DNA of 41,698 nucleotides from Conidiobolus incongruus B7586 (Eukaryota): NCBI GenBank assembly GCA_000697335.1, contig JNEM01010425.1, positions 1 to 41,698 of the forward strand, read 5' to 3'. Shown piece by piece: positions 1 to 12,978 of this stretch (position 1 is its first letter; each line of letters starts with the position of its first letter). The notes under the pieces were generated by a model. It saw only the letters and a program-made list of their open reading frames with translations, ran no database searches and was not told where the DNA came from. The position numbers and the translations under genes were made by a program.

Positions 1-196
1 AAAATGAATAAATTTATAATAAAATTTAAATAAAATTATTCTAATAGATCAATTATTATGAATGAATATATATATTTATATTATAAATATATCAATTTCT
101 CTACTTATTTTATAAATAGTTTGTTTTTTAAAATTACTATTTTATTAAAAAATCAGAAATTAAAAGAATTACCATTTTTTTTGTTCTTAACTGATA
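1..196 (-). mobile_element. 5' end of a degenerate mariner copy (copy D), truncated by the window edge
   Basis: The reverse complement of ~60-196 (tatcagttaagaacaaaaaaaatggtaattcttttaatttctgatttttt...) aligns with the left end of the element at 23692 (tatcattagtttagaaagaaatggcaaatttttcaatttctgatttttc...) and with the left ends of copies A and B. Confidence 0.7.
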
Positions 197-645
197 TTTT
201 ATCTATAATAATTAAATGTTGATTTTATGCACTGATAGTTTTAAATAAATTTTTTACAAAAACCAAAATATTTTCAAATTAATAATTTCATTCTAAATCA
301 AAAATGTCATTAAGAGTTTTGACTTCATAGATATTGCCATGGTAAGATATTTTTTAATTTTTTAATTTTTTTTCAATATTATTTTTAAAAAATATTTTTA
401 GTTTTAATTTCTAGTGTTGAGATTTATAATATAGTTGATAAAAGTTATTTAAGTAGTTGATTCAACAAATGTTATAATATATCAAATAATATTACCTTAG
501 CTATATAATCAAAATCAACACTTAATGCTGAAATATAATGCTAGCTAAAATAACATCTATTATATTATATTAATTTTCAAATTATAATCAAAATTCACCA
601 ATTTAAATCAATAATATTCATAAGAAATTAAGAACTTAATTTTAA

Positions 646-1962
646 TATTACTCTGTATTTTTAATAATGGGAATTTTTTGCAATTAAAAATAAATAAATA
701 TTTTAATATATGATATATAAAAATAAACATATAATATAAATTTAATAGTTTTTTTTATTATTAATAACTTTTTACTATACTTTTAATAAGGATCTAATAC
801 CTAAAAAATAGTTTTTTTTATTAAAGACTGAAATTTGATATTTCACAAACTAATTAAATTTTTTTGTAAAAATTTTCTTTCTTGTAAGCTGGTTTTTTAA
901 TTGCTTAAAGCAATTATAATCACATAAGTTATAATTTAAAGAATATACTATATGTAGTAGTTTTTTCCAATTATTTTTAATTAGAAAGTTTTTTACAGCT
1001 TTAAATTTATGTATTTTATAATTATCATGTAAAATAATAGATTTTCTCAAATTATATTAAAAATAGTAATTAAAAATACTTTTATTTAAAAAAGTAATAT
1101 AAAGTTTACTATTAATTAATTTTCCTTTAAAAATTAAATAAAAGTAATATATATTATTATAATATATTATAATAATTAAAATTTGCTTATTAATAAAATA
1201 CCTATTTAAAAGGATTTAAAAAGAGGGTTAATTTAACTTAATTTAACATCTTAATTTGTGTTTTAGTAAATGATTATATATAAAGATTTAAGATTCATTA
1301 ATTGTAATTATTCACTGTAAAAGTTTAAGCTTTTAATAATATTTAAGTAAATTTTATTTAATAATAATTACTCTAACTTTTTTTAAACTTTAGTTAAATT
1401 ATAAGGTACTTATTTTATATTTTTATTTATTAATTTAAGTTTAAACTTTAATATATATAAAATACTTATAAAACTAATAATAAAATATTTAGATAATTTT
1501 TTTACTGAAATAAAAAAATGTTTTTTAATTTATTTTTTCACTCTATTAACATTTAAAAAAAATAATAGTTAAAGTTAGTTTTTTAGATTTTAATAGGTTT
1601 TAGATAGTTTCTCTCTTAATCTTAAAATAATTTACTTAATAATTAATTGTTGATTTAAATAATATTCTATTATTAAAAGTTACTTGTAAATTTTAAATAG
1701 TTTTAAAGGGTTTATAGTTAAGTTTTACTAATAATAAAATAAAAAACTTTTAATGATCACTTTTTAATTTAAGCATGATTAAATTAAATAACTAATTTTA
1801 AAAAGTTAATTTTTTAATCAAAAAAATATTATATATATATATATATATTAAAAATATATAATTTCCTATTAACTTTGTATATATTTATTTATTTTAAACT
1901 AATAATATGTTTGAAAAATCAGAAATTAAAAAATTTCCCATTATTTTAAATTTAAGATTATA
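646..1962 (-). mobile_element. Full-length (~1.3 kb) degenerate mariner (DD34D) DNA transposon, copy A
   Basis: Imperfect ~28-bp TIRs with outer TA (tattactctgtatttttaataatgggaa at 646; ttcccattattttaaatttaagattata ending at 1962). Eroded transposase motifs on the minus strand: *VPY (WVPH, 1412-1401), ITINES* (TxDESW, ~1308-1288), IILHDN...YSLNYNLCDY (HDN...YSPD..xD) with 34 residues between the 2nd and 3rd Asp. Many in-frame stops. Confidence 0.9.
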
Positions 1963-2569
1963 ACACCAAAATAAGTGTTTGAATAAATAATATAATTGGA
2001 CAATATGAACTCACATACTCAATAACTATTATTCTGGCTTAAAGGTTTGTATTAGTTTAATAAAATAAAGCTTAATTATTACTAGTATGTTATATTTTTA
2101 ATAGTGTTTGAATAATATAATAGTAAATTTCAAATTATATCATTAAATGTATCATAATTTATATTACATACAATCAATTTATAATTTATTTAAAATAATA
2201 TTTTCTATTATAAGTATGGAAATCATATTTATATAAATTTAGTTTTTTAACCCCTGATATAAAATTAAATTTGAAAATAATATAAAATGAATTCATAATG
2301 ATCAAAAATTTTTGAACATTAATTCTATGTTATCATATTTTCCTTAAAATATCAACTTTTTTTGAGATATTTTTTATTTATTAAATTTGAATTTTTTTAA
2401 TATTAGTCATATTCTATAAGTTTACAAAATATAATATAATTTATCAAGTTTGATTATATTTACCTTTTAATTTTATATTAATTCTATATATATATTAGTT
2501 AATGCTATATTTCGGATAATTAATAAAATAATTATACATTTGATATATTATTTTTATAAGTATTGATAG

Positions 2570-2870
2570 ATGTTGTAGTTTGTTTACGGGTATTATGGAT
2601 GATGTAATGTGAAGAGCAATGGCTATTGGTGTTACCTAATAGTAGTTAAGTGTATTTGAGGGTATATTGGCTAAAATGGTGTTTGAAATAAGCCTCTAAA
2701 TTTAGTCATTAAGACTGACCAATATCACAATATAGGTCGCCAATAATGGTCAATTAAGGTAAAGGCTCCTCATAGAATATAAAATCAATGTCAGAAATGG
2801 TGTCAAGGGTAGCACTTTGGGATCTTACAATATAGTCAATGATTTTTCAAATTTTGAATAATTTTCAAGT
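2570..2870 (-). pseudogene. Possible decayed coding fragment, unidentified
   Basis: GC-richer island. The minus strand reads IDYIVRSQSATLDTISDIDFIFYEEPLP*LTIIGDLYCDIGQS* with stops. No recognisable family. Confidence 0.25.
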
Positions 2871-5339
2871 CAATTCCTGAGTTGGAGTAAAAATAAAAAT
2901 TATGTATATAGCCAATAAGCTTAAATTGTTTTAATATATAAGTATCTCTAATTTCTTAAAGAGAATACTTTATTCCAATAAAAATATTTTAGTACTTTCA
3001 TGCTTTCTTTTCCTAGTTTAGAATTATTGAGTTAATGCTTGATAGTAGGAATTTGGTTTGAATTCGCCAAATGACTGTCTATACCTAATCACTCAATAAT
3101 GCCACTACAATAATTATAATAATTATAGATTCATTTTAATATTTAACAACAGAATTTAAAAATACTTAAATAATATAAAAGCATAATAATCTGAATATGA
3201 TTCCAATTTGATACATTATTTTATATAAATTGATTGTAATAGTTATAATAAAAGATCAACTAACCAACTCATATTATATATTATTTGACAAAATTTATAT
3301 ATTCAAATGTCACTAAAAATTAATCATTCAAAATTTCAAACATCTAATTTACGAATATTAATGTTGAAAAATTTCGGGATAATAAATGAGAATTTTAATC
3401 AAAGGGAATATTGAAGTAGTTTTGCTTGAAGTTATAAATTTATTTTTCAAATATCTTAATTGATTACAAAAAATTAATTTTTAAATATTAAATTATTATT
3501 ACACTTGTATTTTATGTCATAATTAGATTTTCAATCTCTGGATTCTCTTAAATAAATTAGACTATTTAAATAGTGATATAACAAGGAGATTTTTAAAAAC
3601 TTAATTATAATGAGAAAAATATCACTGAATTACCTTCCTTAATGATATTATTATTAGAACGAAAATTGTCATTATGTATAGTATTTGAATTTGGTTTCCA
3701 AACTAGAAAAAATTACTTGCTGCAATAAAAAATTTTAATTCAATATTCAAATCACGCTGTATAAGAAAATTATTAAGTAAAGAAGGTAATTCTGAATTTT
3801 GGAAGATTTAAATATGGAATTAATACAAATATTTTGATACTAAAAAGGTGATTTTATTATATTTTCTATATGATTAAAGAGTAATTTTTAAATTTATACT
3901 TTTAAAAAATTGATCTTGATTTTCTAATTATATTCAAACAATCAATTCTGAAAATAACCCTCATAATGATACCTGATTAAAAAGGAAATATCCAATTATG
4001 TTAAGTTTAAAATTATAGAAATAGGTAATCACTAATATTCAAGAGTTTCGTGATAATCAAAGTTATTATATTCAAACGTGAATATTTTTAAAAGTTTCGG
4101 CATGAAATCGTTTGTTAATATTTTTCAATACTTTATATTTGCAATTAATTTTGGTAATTTGAACTAATGTAAACCTGAATTGGTAAATTAATAACTCAAA
4201 CAAATTTAGACAATTCTCAATATTCTTATATCAATAATAATATAATCACTTTAATTATTGATCAAACCTGTATAAATAATTATTAATATCGAATGTGAAA
4301 AAAAATTAGAATTGTTAATATTGAATATGGATCAAAATTTTTACATAACAAAATATTTAGTGCAAAGAATTAAAAATATCAAGTGAATAAATAGTTTTTT
4401 GGAAAATTTTTAATATATTCAATATATTGATTATACTCTAGATAAAATTTTTAGTTTTTAATTACCTATAGTTTGTTAATTTTATAATATATCAATAAAT
4501 AGAAACTTCAAATTGGATTTTAAATTAGTATAACAATCTCTACATTATATTAATTTTAGCTCAATTTTCTAATTATAATTTGAATAAAATTTTAAATAAT
4601 TAAAATTGATACCAAATATACAAAAATTATAATGATGAATAAAGCAAGCTTAATTTTAAGATATATAAATAATATAAATATCATAATTTATAGGATATAT
4701 TATAGTAATTTAAAAACTTATTATTTTATATGAATTAATTTTATTTCAACACAGAATTAATATTGAATTAAGAGAGTGAATTAGTAAATTGAAATATATT
4801 GTAAATATACCAATTGACTAAATATTTACTAAAATAATAACTGAAATAGCGAGAGATATATTAATATTAAAAACCCATAATTTTATCATTTTCTCTCTTA
4901 ATTAGACAGTTGTAACTTTATATATTGGTGTATAACCTTTATAATATTAAAAATTCTCTCTTTTATTCAATTCATATCATAATACATTTCAAATTGAATA
5001 ATATCACTTAATCATTGTTTTATTTAAATATTAGAATAGAAATATTTTTAAAATTTTTTATATTCTAGTATATATACATATATATTCAATATGATTTTAA
5101 AATAAATTCAAGTTAAATTATTATATATAATTAACAAATAATTGGATTAAATAATTATTTATATTTTATAATTTATTAAAATTTTTAATCTTTATTTATT
5201 TATATTATTGAATAATTTTAAAAAAAAATATTGAAAAAAAAATTAATGATATATTTTCATTTGTCAATTTGTTAATAGATTTATTTAATATCAGATAAGT
5301 TAAAATACTTGGCGTGAAACTTAAACATATAAATGTGTA

Positions 5340-5540
5340 CTAGGGATATTGAGGATAGGTAGGATAACCAGTGTCGGGCTTTGGTGGTAGAATCCATGGA
5401 GGAGGGAGCATCCAACTATAATCTGATCCTCTGATATTTTGAACACTAGATTGTGCAGGGCTAATAGCACTAACCCAAAGAGGAGCAGAGGCAACGGAAG
5501 GTATCAAAGATATCAAAGTAACAAAAGCAGCTTTCATCAT
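5340..5540 (-). CDS. Small secreted Pro/Tyr-rich peptide precursor (66 aa), paralog 1
   Basis: Signal-peptide-like N-terminus (MMKAAFVTLISLIPSVAS/AP), GC-rich island, TATAAATA 50 bp upstream, 38/50 identity to the paralog at 8616-8810 with many synonymous differences. Confidence 0.88.
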   Translation of the reverse strand: MMKAAFVTLISLIPSVASAPLWVSAISPAQSSVQNIRGSDYSWMLPPPWILPPKPDTGYPTYPQYP

Positions 5541-5589
5541 ATTTTAAAACAATAGTTAATTTTATTTGAATTGATTAGATATTATCCTG

Positions 5590-5676
5590 TATTTATAATC
5601 AAACCTGTACATATCATGAGTAATATATTAATTTTACAAGTTTAGAAATGAAAAACATGATAAATTAATGCAATGA
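5590..5676 (-). promoter_or_regulatory. Promoter of peptide gene 1: TATA box plus two motifs conserved in the paralog
   Basis: Minus-strand TATAAATA (5590-5597), TCATTTCTAAA (5641-5651) and TCATTGCATTAA (5665-5676). All recur at nearly the same distances upstream of paralog 2. Confidence 0.6.
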
Positions 5677-6303
5677 AAAGCTATGACGAATATCTTTTAA
5701 GACGCATGAATAAGAGGGTATAAAAAGTGTTAAATTTAAAAATTCAATTATTTTATATAAAGATTATCAATTAATTTTGAATTTTTGCATTTTTTTTTGA
5801 AAATCAATAATGCAAAATTAAAAATTATATGAATGATGTTAAAATTTTAGTTGAATTAAAAATTTTTTATATAAAAATAAAATTATATATTTATTAAAAA
5901 AATCCTTTATATTGTTGAAAGATTTTAAATTTGGTTGATATAATATCAATAAAATATACAATAGTATGTCTTGATAATAATACCTTTTTAAAAAATCAAT
6001 TAAACGTAAATTGATTATGATAAAACACTCTAATTGGATGACTGGTAATTTTGACGTTTAATGTATAGGTATAGTTATTTGAAACATATGAAGAGAATCT
6101 GGATATCATTAATGGATTTGTTAGATATGACGAAAAATCAAAAATGGCTTGTATTGATCGTCCTTATTTTAATTATATTTACATCTTACAATACTAACTT
6201 TAATGATAAATGATATTAAATTTATTCCTGTAATTAAAATTTTTAACCATTTTCAACATTATCATTTAAAAAAATTTATTTATCTATCCTTATTAGATGA
6301 TAT

Positions 6304-6726
6304 TGTTGGGAAATAATTGTGTCCATCACTAAAGTAACTCTGATTATCACACTGATGCAAGAAGTCACATTGGAGGTACCTTATTTCATGAACTGGTTGA
6401 ACTCATTGTTTTCTGCCTGTAAGGCATTCACATTCACAAGCATTCACAATTGGAACTAATATAAGAATATCACAAGCAAACTAATAAACACATCTTTCTA
6501 TTTTCATTTTGAAAATATCCAGTCTCTAACTTTTTCTTGTAACACTCACAAAAGTATTGAGTTGTGATGAGTGTGAGACATTTACTTTATTCGAAGAATC
6601 TGATTTGCAGTAAGCTACTTTCACCTAATTTGGTGAACCCCCTTAATTTCCCTTAACTTTGTGGTAATCTATTGTTTACCACTGGCGATTCCCTGTTTAA
6701 GCTCTAAAAGTCTATTTCCTCCCACA
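6304..6726 (+). mobile_element. Candidate solo LTR (~420 bp)
   Basis: GC-richer non-coding block that starts TGTTGGGAAATA and ends TATTTCCTCCCACA (imperfect inverted termini, TG...CA). Internal AATAAA at 6483. Short similarity (tgatgcaag..gtcac..ggag..tcatgaa) to the LTR at 14452. No matching TSD. Confidence 0.45.
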
Positions 6727-6797
6727 TTTACAATTGTCAATATCATTCAATTTTATATAACTTTTGAAAAAAATCAAGATTTATATATTGAAATTGG

Positions 6798-6885
6798 ATA
6801 TATGAAAATAATATTTTATTTAAAACATAAATATGAATATATGAAAATAATATTTTATTTAAAACATAAATATGAATATATGAAA
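6798..6885. repeat. Perfect 39-bp tandem duplication (2.25 units)
   Basis: atatatgaaaataatattttatttaaaacataaatatga occurs twice, followed by a 10-bp partial unit. Confidence 0.9.
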
Positions 6886-6941
6886 TGATAATTATTATTA
6901 TATTAATTTTGAATAAATAATTATCTACGATTCATTTAATT

Positions 6942-7078
6942 ATAATAACTGGAGTTGGGAAAGTCGTGTTCGGATTGATTCAAATAAAAGAGAGAAATCT
7001 GGTGAATTCCAGGTAACTGTTATGGAGAGAGAGAAAGAGAGATTATTTAGTAGTAGAGGAATTTCCTGACTAGTGAAA
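6942..7078 (-). mobile_element. Internally deleted (~135 bp) relative of the LTR at 14452-14789
   Basis: The reverse complement begins tttcactagtcaggaaattcc (cf. tgtcacgagtcaggtgattcc). It then continues with taacagttacctggaattcaccagatttctctcttttatttgaatcaatccgaacacgactttcccaa, which matches 14710-14778. Confidence 0.75.
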
Positions 7079-8615
7079 ATAAAATAAATATTAGAGGATC
7101 ATAAGGTGAATCATTGACTATATATTGATTTCATATTGATATGATAAACCTTACACTCTAGTCAAAACTATTGAATGGTTATAAGTCGAAATATTCGACA
7201 ATAATGAAAGTTTAGTTGATTTATGTTAAAAATTAATGTCTTGATAACTCTATATATCCAATCTATAATTATATTTTTTTCATTTTATTTTTTTATTATC
7301 TAAACAAAATTGGATTAAAAAATAAAGAAAAATAAAAATTTATAAACCTTATCAATTATAAGAATATAACAAAATATAATATATATGTATTCATTCTTCC
7401 AAACTGATCTTAATTTCAAATTAAAATACTCTAGTCTAATAAAATATGATTTTAAATAGCTATATGTATTGATTTTTTATATTTAAATTTGATAGATTAA
7501 TTAAATATATTTTGAAATATAGATATTTTTAAATTTTAATAATATTTGGTAATTTAATATGATATTAAAATTAAAATACATATAGGTTATTATTATGTAT
7601 TTTACTAAATAAATTTATTTAGAATCAAGAGATAATGCTCAACAACAAAAACATTTCATCATATGTTTATTATAAGTTAAATGTAAATCAATTGAATCCA
7701 TATTCAAATAATATGACAATATATTAGGTGATATAGTAATTAAAAAACTTGATATAGTGATAAAGACTGATGAATATCATGTTGAACTAATCAAAATTCT
7801 CGAATGTTCACAATTGTATAAATTTTTTTTGTTTATAGTACTTTTCAAAAATTATGTGATTGTGAAAAGATATATTAAGATCAAAATTTAGCTTGAAACA
7901 AAGATGAATTTGTTAACAAAAATTTGGGTAATTAATATATTAAATATATATAATTATTACTTTGTTGATAAAATATTTAGAATTTTATAATCGCTTCAAA
8001 AATTTACAATTTGTTAATTTTGATAGAAAGTAGGATATATAACTTAAATTATATTTGTAATATCCAATTGATTATCTCATATGCTTAATTATTATTTGGT
8101 ATAAAATTTTGATATGAAATTGATTTTCAAATAATATAATTATACTTATCTAATAAACAAATAATAGATAGATGATAAAACCAAAATTATAATCGTTTAA
8201 TAACTTTACTCACCATATTTAATATAGTCAATTTATAAAATACACGGAGATTATATTATTTTAATCTGCTCATTTCTGTTGGATCCTGATTAATATTTTG
8301 ATATAAAATGATATTATGGATATTTATTACATTTTAACTTAGACAATTTATGTATTATTAAACATTCTAAATAATTCAAAAAATATTAATATTATCTTAA
8401 TTTAATATCGAATTATTTGTTAGTATGAATTATTGATTAACAATTTTAAGATTTATTAATTCAAATCATTTTTTGATATATATATATAATGATAATATAT
8501 ATTTTAATGTATAATTTGAATTTGAAATTTATTTGAAGAATAATATTTTAAAATATCAAGATTTGATTTAAAAATTATGTTAATAATAAAAATCAAAATA
8601 TAGTTACTTAAATAA

Positions 8616-8810
8616 TTATTTGGGACCATAGGGATTGCAACCAGGGCAAGATCCTCCAGTAATCCAAGGGGGAGGAAGCATACCGTAGTAATTGGAACCT
8701 CTAATATTTTGAACGCTAGATTGTGTAGGACTAAGAGCACTAACCCAAAGTGGAGCCGAGGCAACGGAAGGTACCAAAGCTAAAAAAGTAATAGCAAGAG
8801 CTTTCATCAT
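8616..8810 (-). CDS. Small secreted peptide precursor (64 aa), paralog 2, with a CxxC-containing C-terminus
   Basis: Signal-peptide-like N-terminus, clear paralogy with 5340-5540, TATAAATA 49 bp upstream, C-terminus TGGSCPGCNPYGPK. Confidence 0.88.
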   Translation of the reverse strand: MMKALAITFLALVPSVASAPLWVSALSPTQSSVQNIRGSNYYGMLPPPWITGGSCPGCNPYGPK

Positions 8811-8858
8811 ATCTGAAAATTTGTTAAGTAATATTGGAAGCGATAGAAAATTAATATC

Positions 8859-8946
8859 TATTTATACTAAAGCTTTGAAAGATCTTCAATTATATATTGA
8901 TTTCTTAATTAATTTAGAAATGAGTCATTATAATTTAATGCAATGA
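8859..8946 (-). promoter_or_regulatory. Promoter of peptide gene 2: TATA box plus two conserved motifs
   Basis: Minus-strand TATAAATA (8859-8866), TCATTTCTAAA (8913-8923) and TCATTGCATTAA (8935-8946). Confidence 0.6.
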
Positions 8947-11900
8947 TCAAAATTATTTCACCTGCTCTTTTAATTAATATTACAAATAAAATATATAATT
9001 CAATTTTACATACTGTTAAGTAATGAAATACCTCTATCCATTTAGTATATTATAAGATAATAATGTAAATAATTTTTGAATTTTATTTAAATATTATATG
9101 TTTATTAATATAATGTGAAGCTATGAACCTCTTGATTGATTTAATTAATAATTTGAATTGTTCATTTTTCATAATTATCATAGCATGACTATTAATATGT
9201 CAATCAATACTTTTAATTCATTTTATTCAATTCCTTGATCATGCTCTTCACTCTATAAACCTTACTCAATCACTCGCTTATATACTTTTAAATTTCAGTT
9301 TTTAAATGAATATTTCACCACCAATATTAAGCTCAATCAGATATTATATATTCTATTGATTTTCTTAATATATCCATGAGGTATATGTTATTCCTTTTGT
9401 ATAAAATTAATAATATTACTAAAAATATCAATTACAATTGATCATCAAATTGTAATGATAATTTAATTTAACTTACATGAAATTATATATAAAGAGTTAG
9501 GATGATTGTTGATTATTGTATTATCAATGAACCTCAAAGTAAGATCAATAATTTATTCAAAACCATAATAAATATTAAATGTAAATTTAATACTGTAGTA
9601 ATATAAAATAATTTTTTTATATATATTATAATAAATTAATACAAAAAATTAAATAAAATTTATTTTAAAATAATTAAAACAAGTTAGAATTTAAATATTT
9701 ATCTACATTATAATGAAGTTGCTTCTAACTCTATAATATACCAATAGTAAATTTAATTTTATATGTTAAATAATAAATAAATTAAATATAAAAAATGATT
9801 TTATTTTAGTATTTAATAAAATTAATTTAGTTTTATCTTTTGAATAAATATTTTGATTAATAGTTTTTCAATTATATTTAAAGAGATAAATTATCTATTT
9901 TATATAAATAGATTAATTGAATATATTATACTAATAATCATATTATCATTGGAGTGTTAATTTTATATTAATTATATTTTGCTAAATTATTTGGAATATT
10001 AATGAGATTAAATTGCAAAATAAAATGAATTTTTAATACAAAGGAATATTATAAATATATTATATATTATTTTAAATAACTATCTTTATAGTTTTTTAAA
10101 TAAAAAAATTACAAATATAAAATAATTCTACTAATAATTAATAATTTTATAATAAAAAATTCCAATATATTAAAATATTCATATTAGAGTATAAAGTATA
10201 AAGTATTATATTATTTTTTATTAATTTATTTTAATATTAATATATCTAATTAATTATTTTCAGTTTTAAAATTTTATCATAATTCAATTAATATTCTATT
10301 ATATTATAATTCTATTTATTACCAATATCATTTTATATCATAAACATAACTTCAATAATTTTGTCTAATTAAATATAACTTATATCCTATTATTTAAATA
10401 AATTATAATTCTGACTCTATACTAATCTATTTGATTGGTTAAATAAAAATTTAATTCTTTTATTATTTATATTTTTGAATTTTATTAAAATAATTATATT
10501 TCAAATTATATTTTAAAATATTTATTGATATTAACATATTTTAATTAATAAAAAATTTATATTTTTTTTCAATTAAAGGTACTGAATATCATAGCTATTA
10601 TTAATTGATGGTTAGTTGTAAAGAGATCAATCAATTTATGGATTTATTCAATTAAAGGGTTGTATTATGTAATATTTTACTCAATTGATGGTTTAAATCT
10701 GAGTAATCTTCTTGAATTTTTAAGTCGTTGATATTCATCACTGGAATTTGTTGAATCGATGATATAATATTTGAAAATTTAGGTATATAATTATCTGATA
10801 ATATACCAGCCTTAGCATTTAAATATTTTTCCAAATATTAAATTACAGGAAAACGGTTTTTTGGTAAAATAAAGATCAAAGTCAAATTTAAGAATTTCAT
10901 TAGTTATAAATTAGAAAAAAATTAATTAATAGATAAATGGAAATATTAAAAAGTGTTTGAATATTTATGGTTGTAATCAGTTTACAGTTTACACCAATCT
11001 AATGCCATTATTGTCACAATCTTATTCAATCAAATTTTTGTGATATATTCATTTCAGGATTTCATCCTGATAAAAGGAATACATGATAATCAGCCTATAG
11101 CCTATCCTTTTATACATTTTTTAAGCAAATATCCATATAATTCCCAAAAACCTTCTATCATCATTAATTTTATGAATAAATTGTAATATATTATTAACCT
11201 CAATCAAAATGAAAAAATATCCTCAATAAATGATGATATACGATATATAAAATTGTTTCTAATGATCTGTGACACATATTGTAAAATATATCATTACAGT
11301 TTGACAAACTTTAACTGATAATAAACTAAAAATATGAAGGATATACTATCACGAATAATCAATACAAGATTACTAAATTATTAAAGATAATTTGATATAA
11401 TGTGATACCTGTTTAGCCAGAATTCTTTAATAATCAATTATAAATATAACTTGAATATGCTGAAATTTTTAAATATAGATTATAAAAAATTATAGAAAAT
11501 AATATATCTTAATATTATTAAATTAACTCTTTTAAATTAAAAATAAAAAAAAGTATAATAATTTATAATTTATAAAAAAAATTTTATATCATATTAAAAT
11601 TCATCAAATTTATTATATTTAATTTTGAAAAAAAAATGCAATTAAGTACAAATTTAAGATTCTGTCAATGAAAATAATTTTCAATTAATTTTCTATCCCC
11701 AATAATGGAGCAATCTTACAAAAATTCTATCTGTAAAATATATTCTTATATGTTTGATATATGCTCTTTATAAGCTCTTTTAATCTAGAAATATGTGTTC
11801 GATGCTCATCTAGCGCACTATACATGGTAAACTTGCTTCAAAAACTATACTGACATACTCAATGCTTCAGTTTCCAAAACATTTCTAATGGACACGAGAA

Positions 11901-12978
11901 TTTTTAAATTGAATTTATTGACCATACATGAAATTTGCTTAATTGCTGTAATTTATTTTCAATATGAGAGATGGTATTATTATTTTAAAAACTTTGAAAC
12001 TGTTAATTTATTGCTAGGATACCTTTTGAAAATTTAACTCTACAACTTAAATATCAATTAATTGATTGAGCTCTAAATACTTTTATAATATTATAATGAG
12101 CATATTAAAAAAGATTTATTGATTACTAATTAATGATATATTAATATCTTTAATTTGAATAGCATATTAATTAATTTAATATTTTTTAGTAAAAACTTAG
12201 TTAAATGGATTTTAAGCTTTAATATCAATTATTAAATTTATATATTAATTTTTTTTTCAAAATTATTACTTCAATATGCTATTCAAAAATTTAATAATAT
12301 TGATTGAAATGATATAATAACAATATTTTTCAAATAGATTTATATGTAATTATTATATCAAAATCATACTATATTTGATATATCAAGAGAATATAATGCT
12401 TAATTGGTCAATTACTAAATGGTCATTATTTATTGATAACTAGAATAAATGAATATTTAATTGAATAATTTTTGAAAGAAAAAAGTTTTTACTATAGAAC
12501 CAAAGTTAAAAAATTTTATATTAATTAATTTTAATAAGTTAGATATTATATTAAATTTAAAACCTAGTAAATGTAACAAAATTCTAATATAAACTTTACA
12601 AAAATATTTTTTTTAAAATGAATTAAAATATGGCTAGAATATCAAAATTTAATATAATTTGATTTGATTATAAATTATTGTAAGATATTAAAAATTTATA
12701 TTATTAAATAATAGATACATATGAGCTTCAATAATAATATTATACAGATATTATATCCAATTGTTAAATATTTTCAAAATAATACAATTATATATATATA
12801 TATATATATTTAATTTATAAATTATTTAAATAGTATAATTTTAACACAATGCTCTGAGATGGTAAATTATATGTGAAGATATATTCAAATATTCGAATAA
12901 TTAGAATTCAAGGATTCGCAACAAAATCCTACTCTGAAATTTTAAAATGGCATAAAGGGAATAAATAATTTAAATTAA

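Noticed and set aside
850..1050. 66-aa ORF (and the similar ORF at 25267-25482) as functional genes
   Set aside because: They are stop-free remnants of eroded mariner transposases.
3380..4450. Possible F-box/LRR pseudogene relics (also ~14850-16800 and ~31000-31500)
   Set aside because: Slightly raised GC and coding-like patches, but too decayed to assign without translated searches.
6661..6888. 75-aa ORF with a YMKIIFYLKHKYE repeat
   Set aside because: GTG start, spans an LTR-like end and the 39-bp duplication, and has no coding-like composition.
8504..8764. 86-aa overlapping ORF
   Set aside because: Alternative frame of peptide gene 2; not conserved in paralog 1.
9427..9459. Imperfect palindrome atcaattacaatt...aattgtaatgat
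   Set aside because: Short, AT-rich and imperfect; expected by chance at this composition.
10600..11460. 60-aa ORF and upstream patches as a decayed membrane-protein/GPCR-like gene
   Set aside because: TTG start, many stops and only vague hydrophobic patches; no family can be supported by eye.
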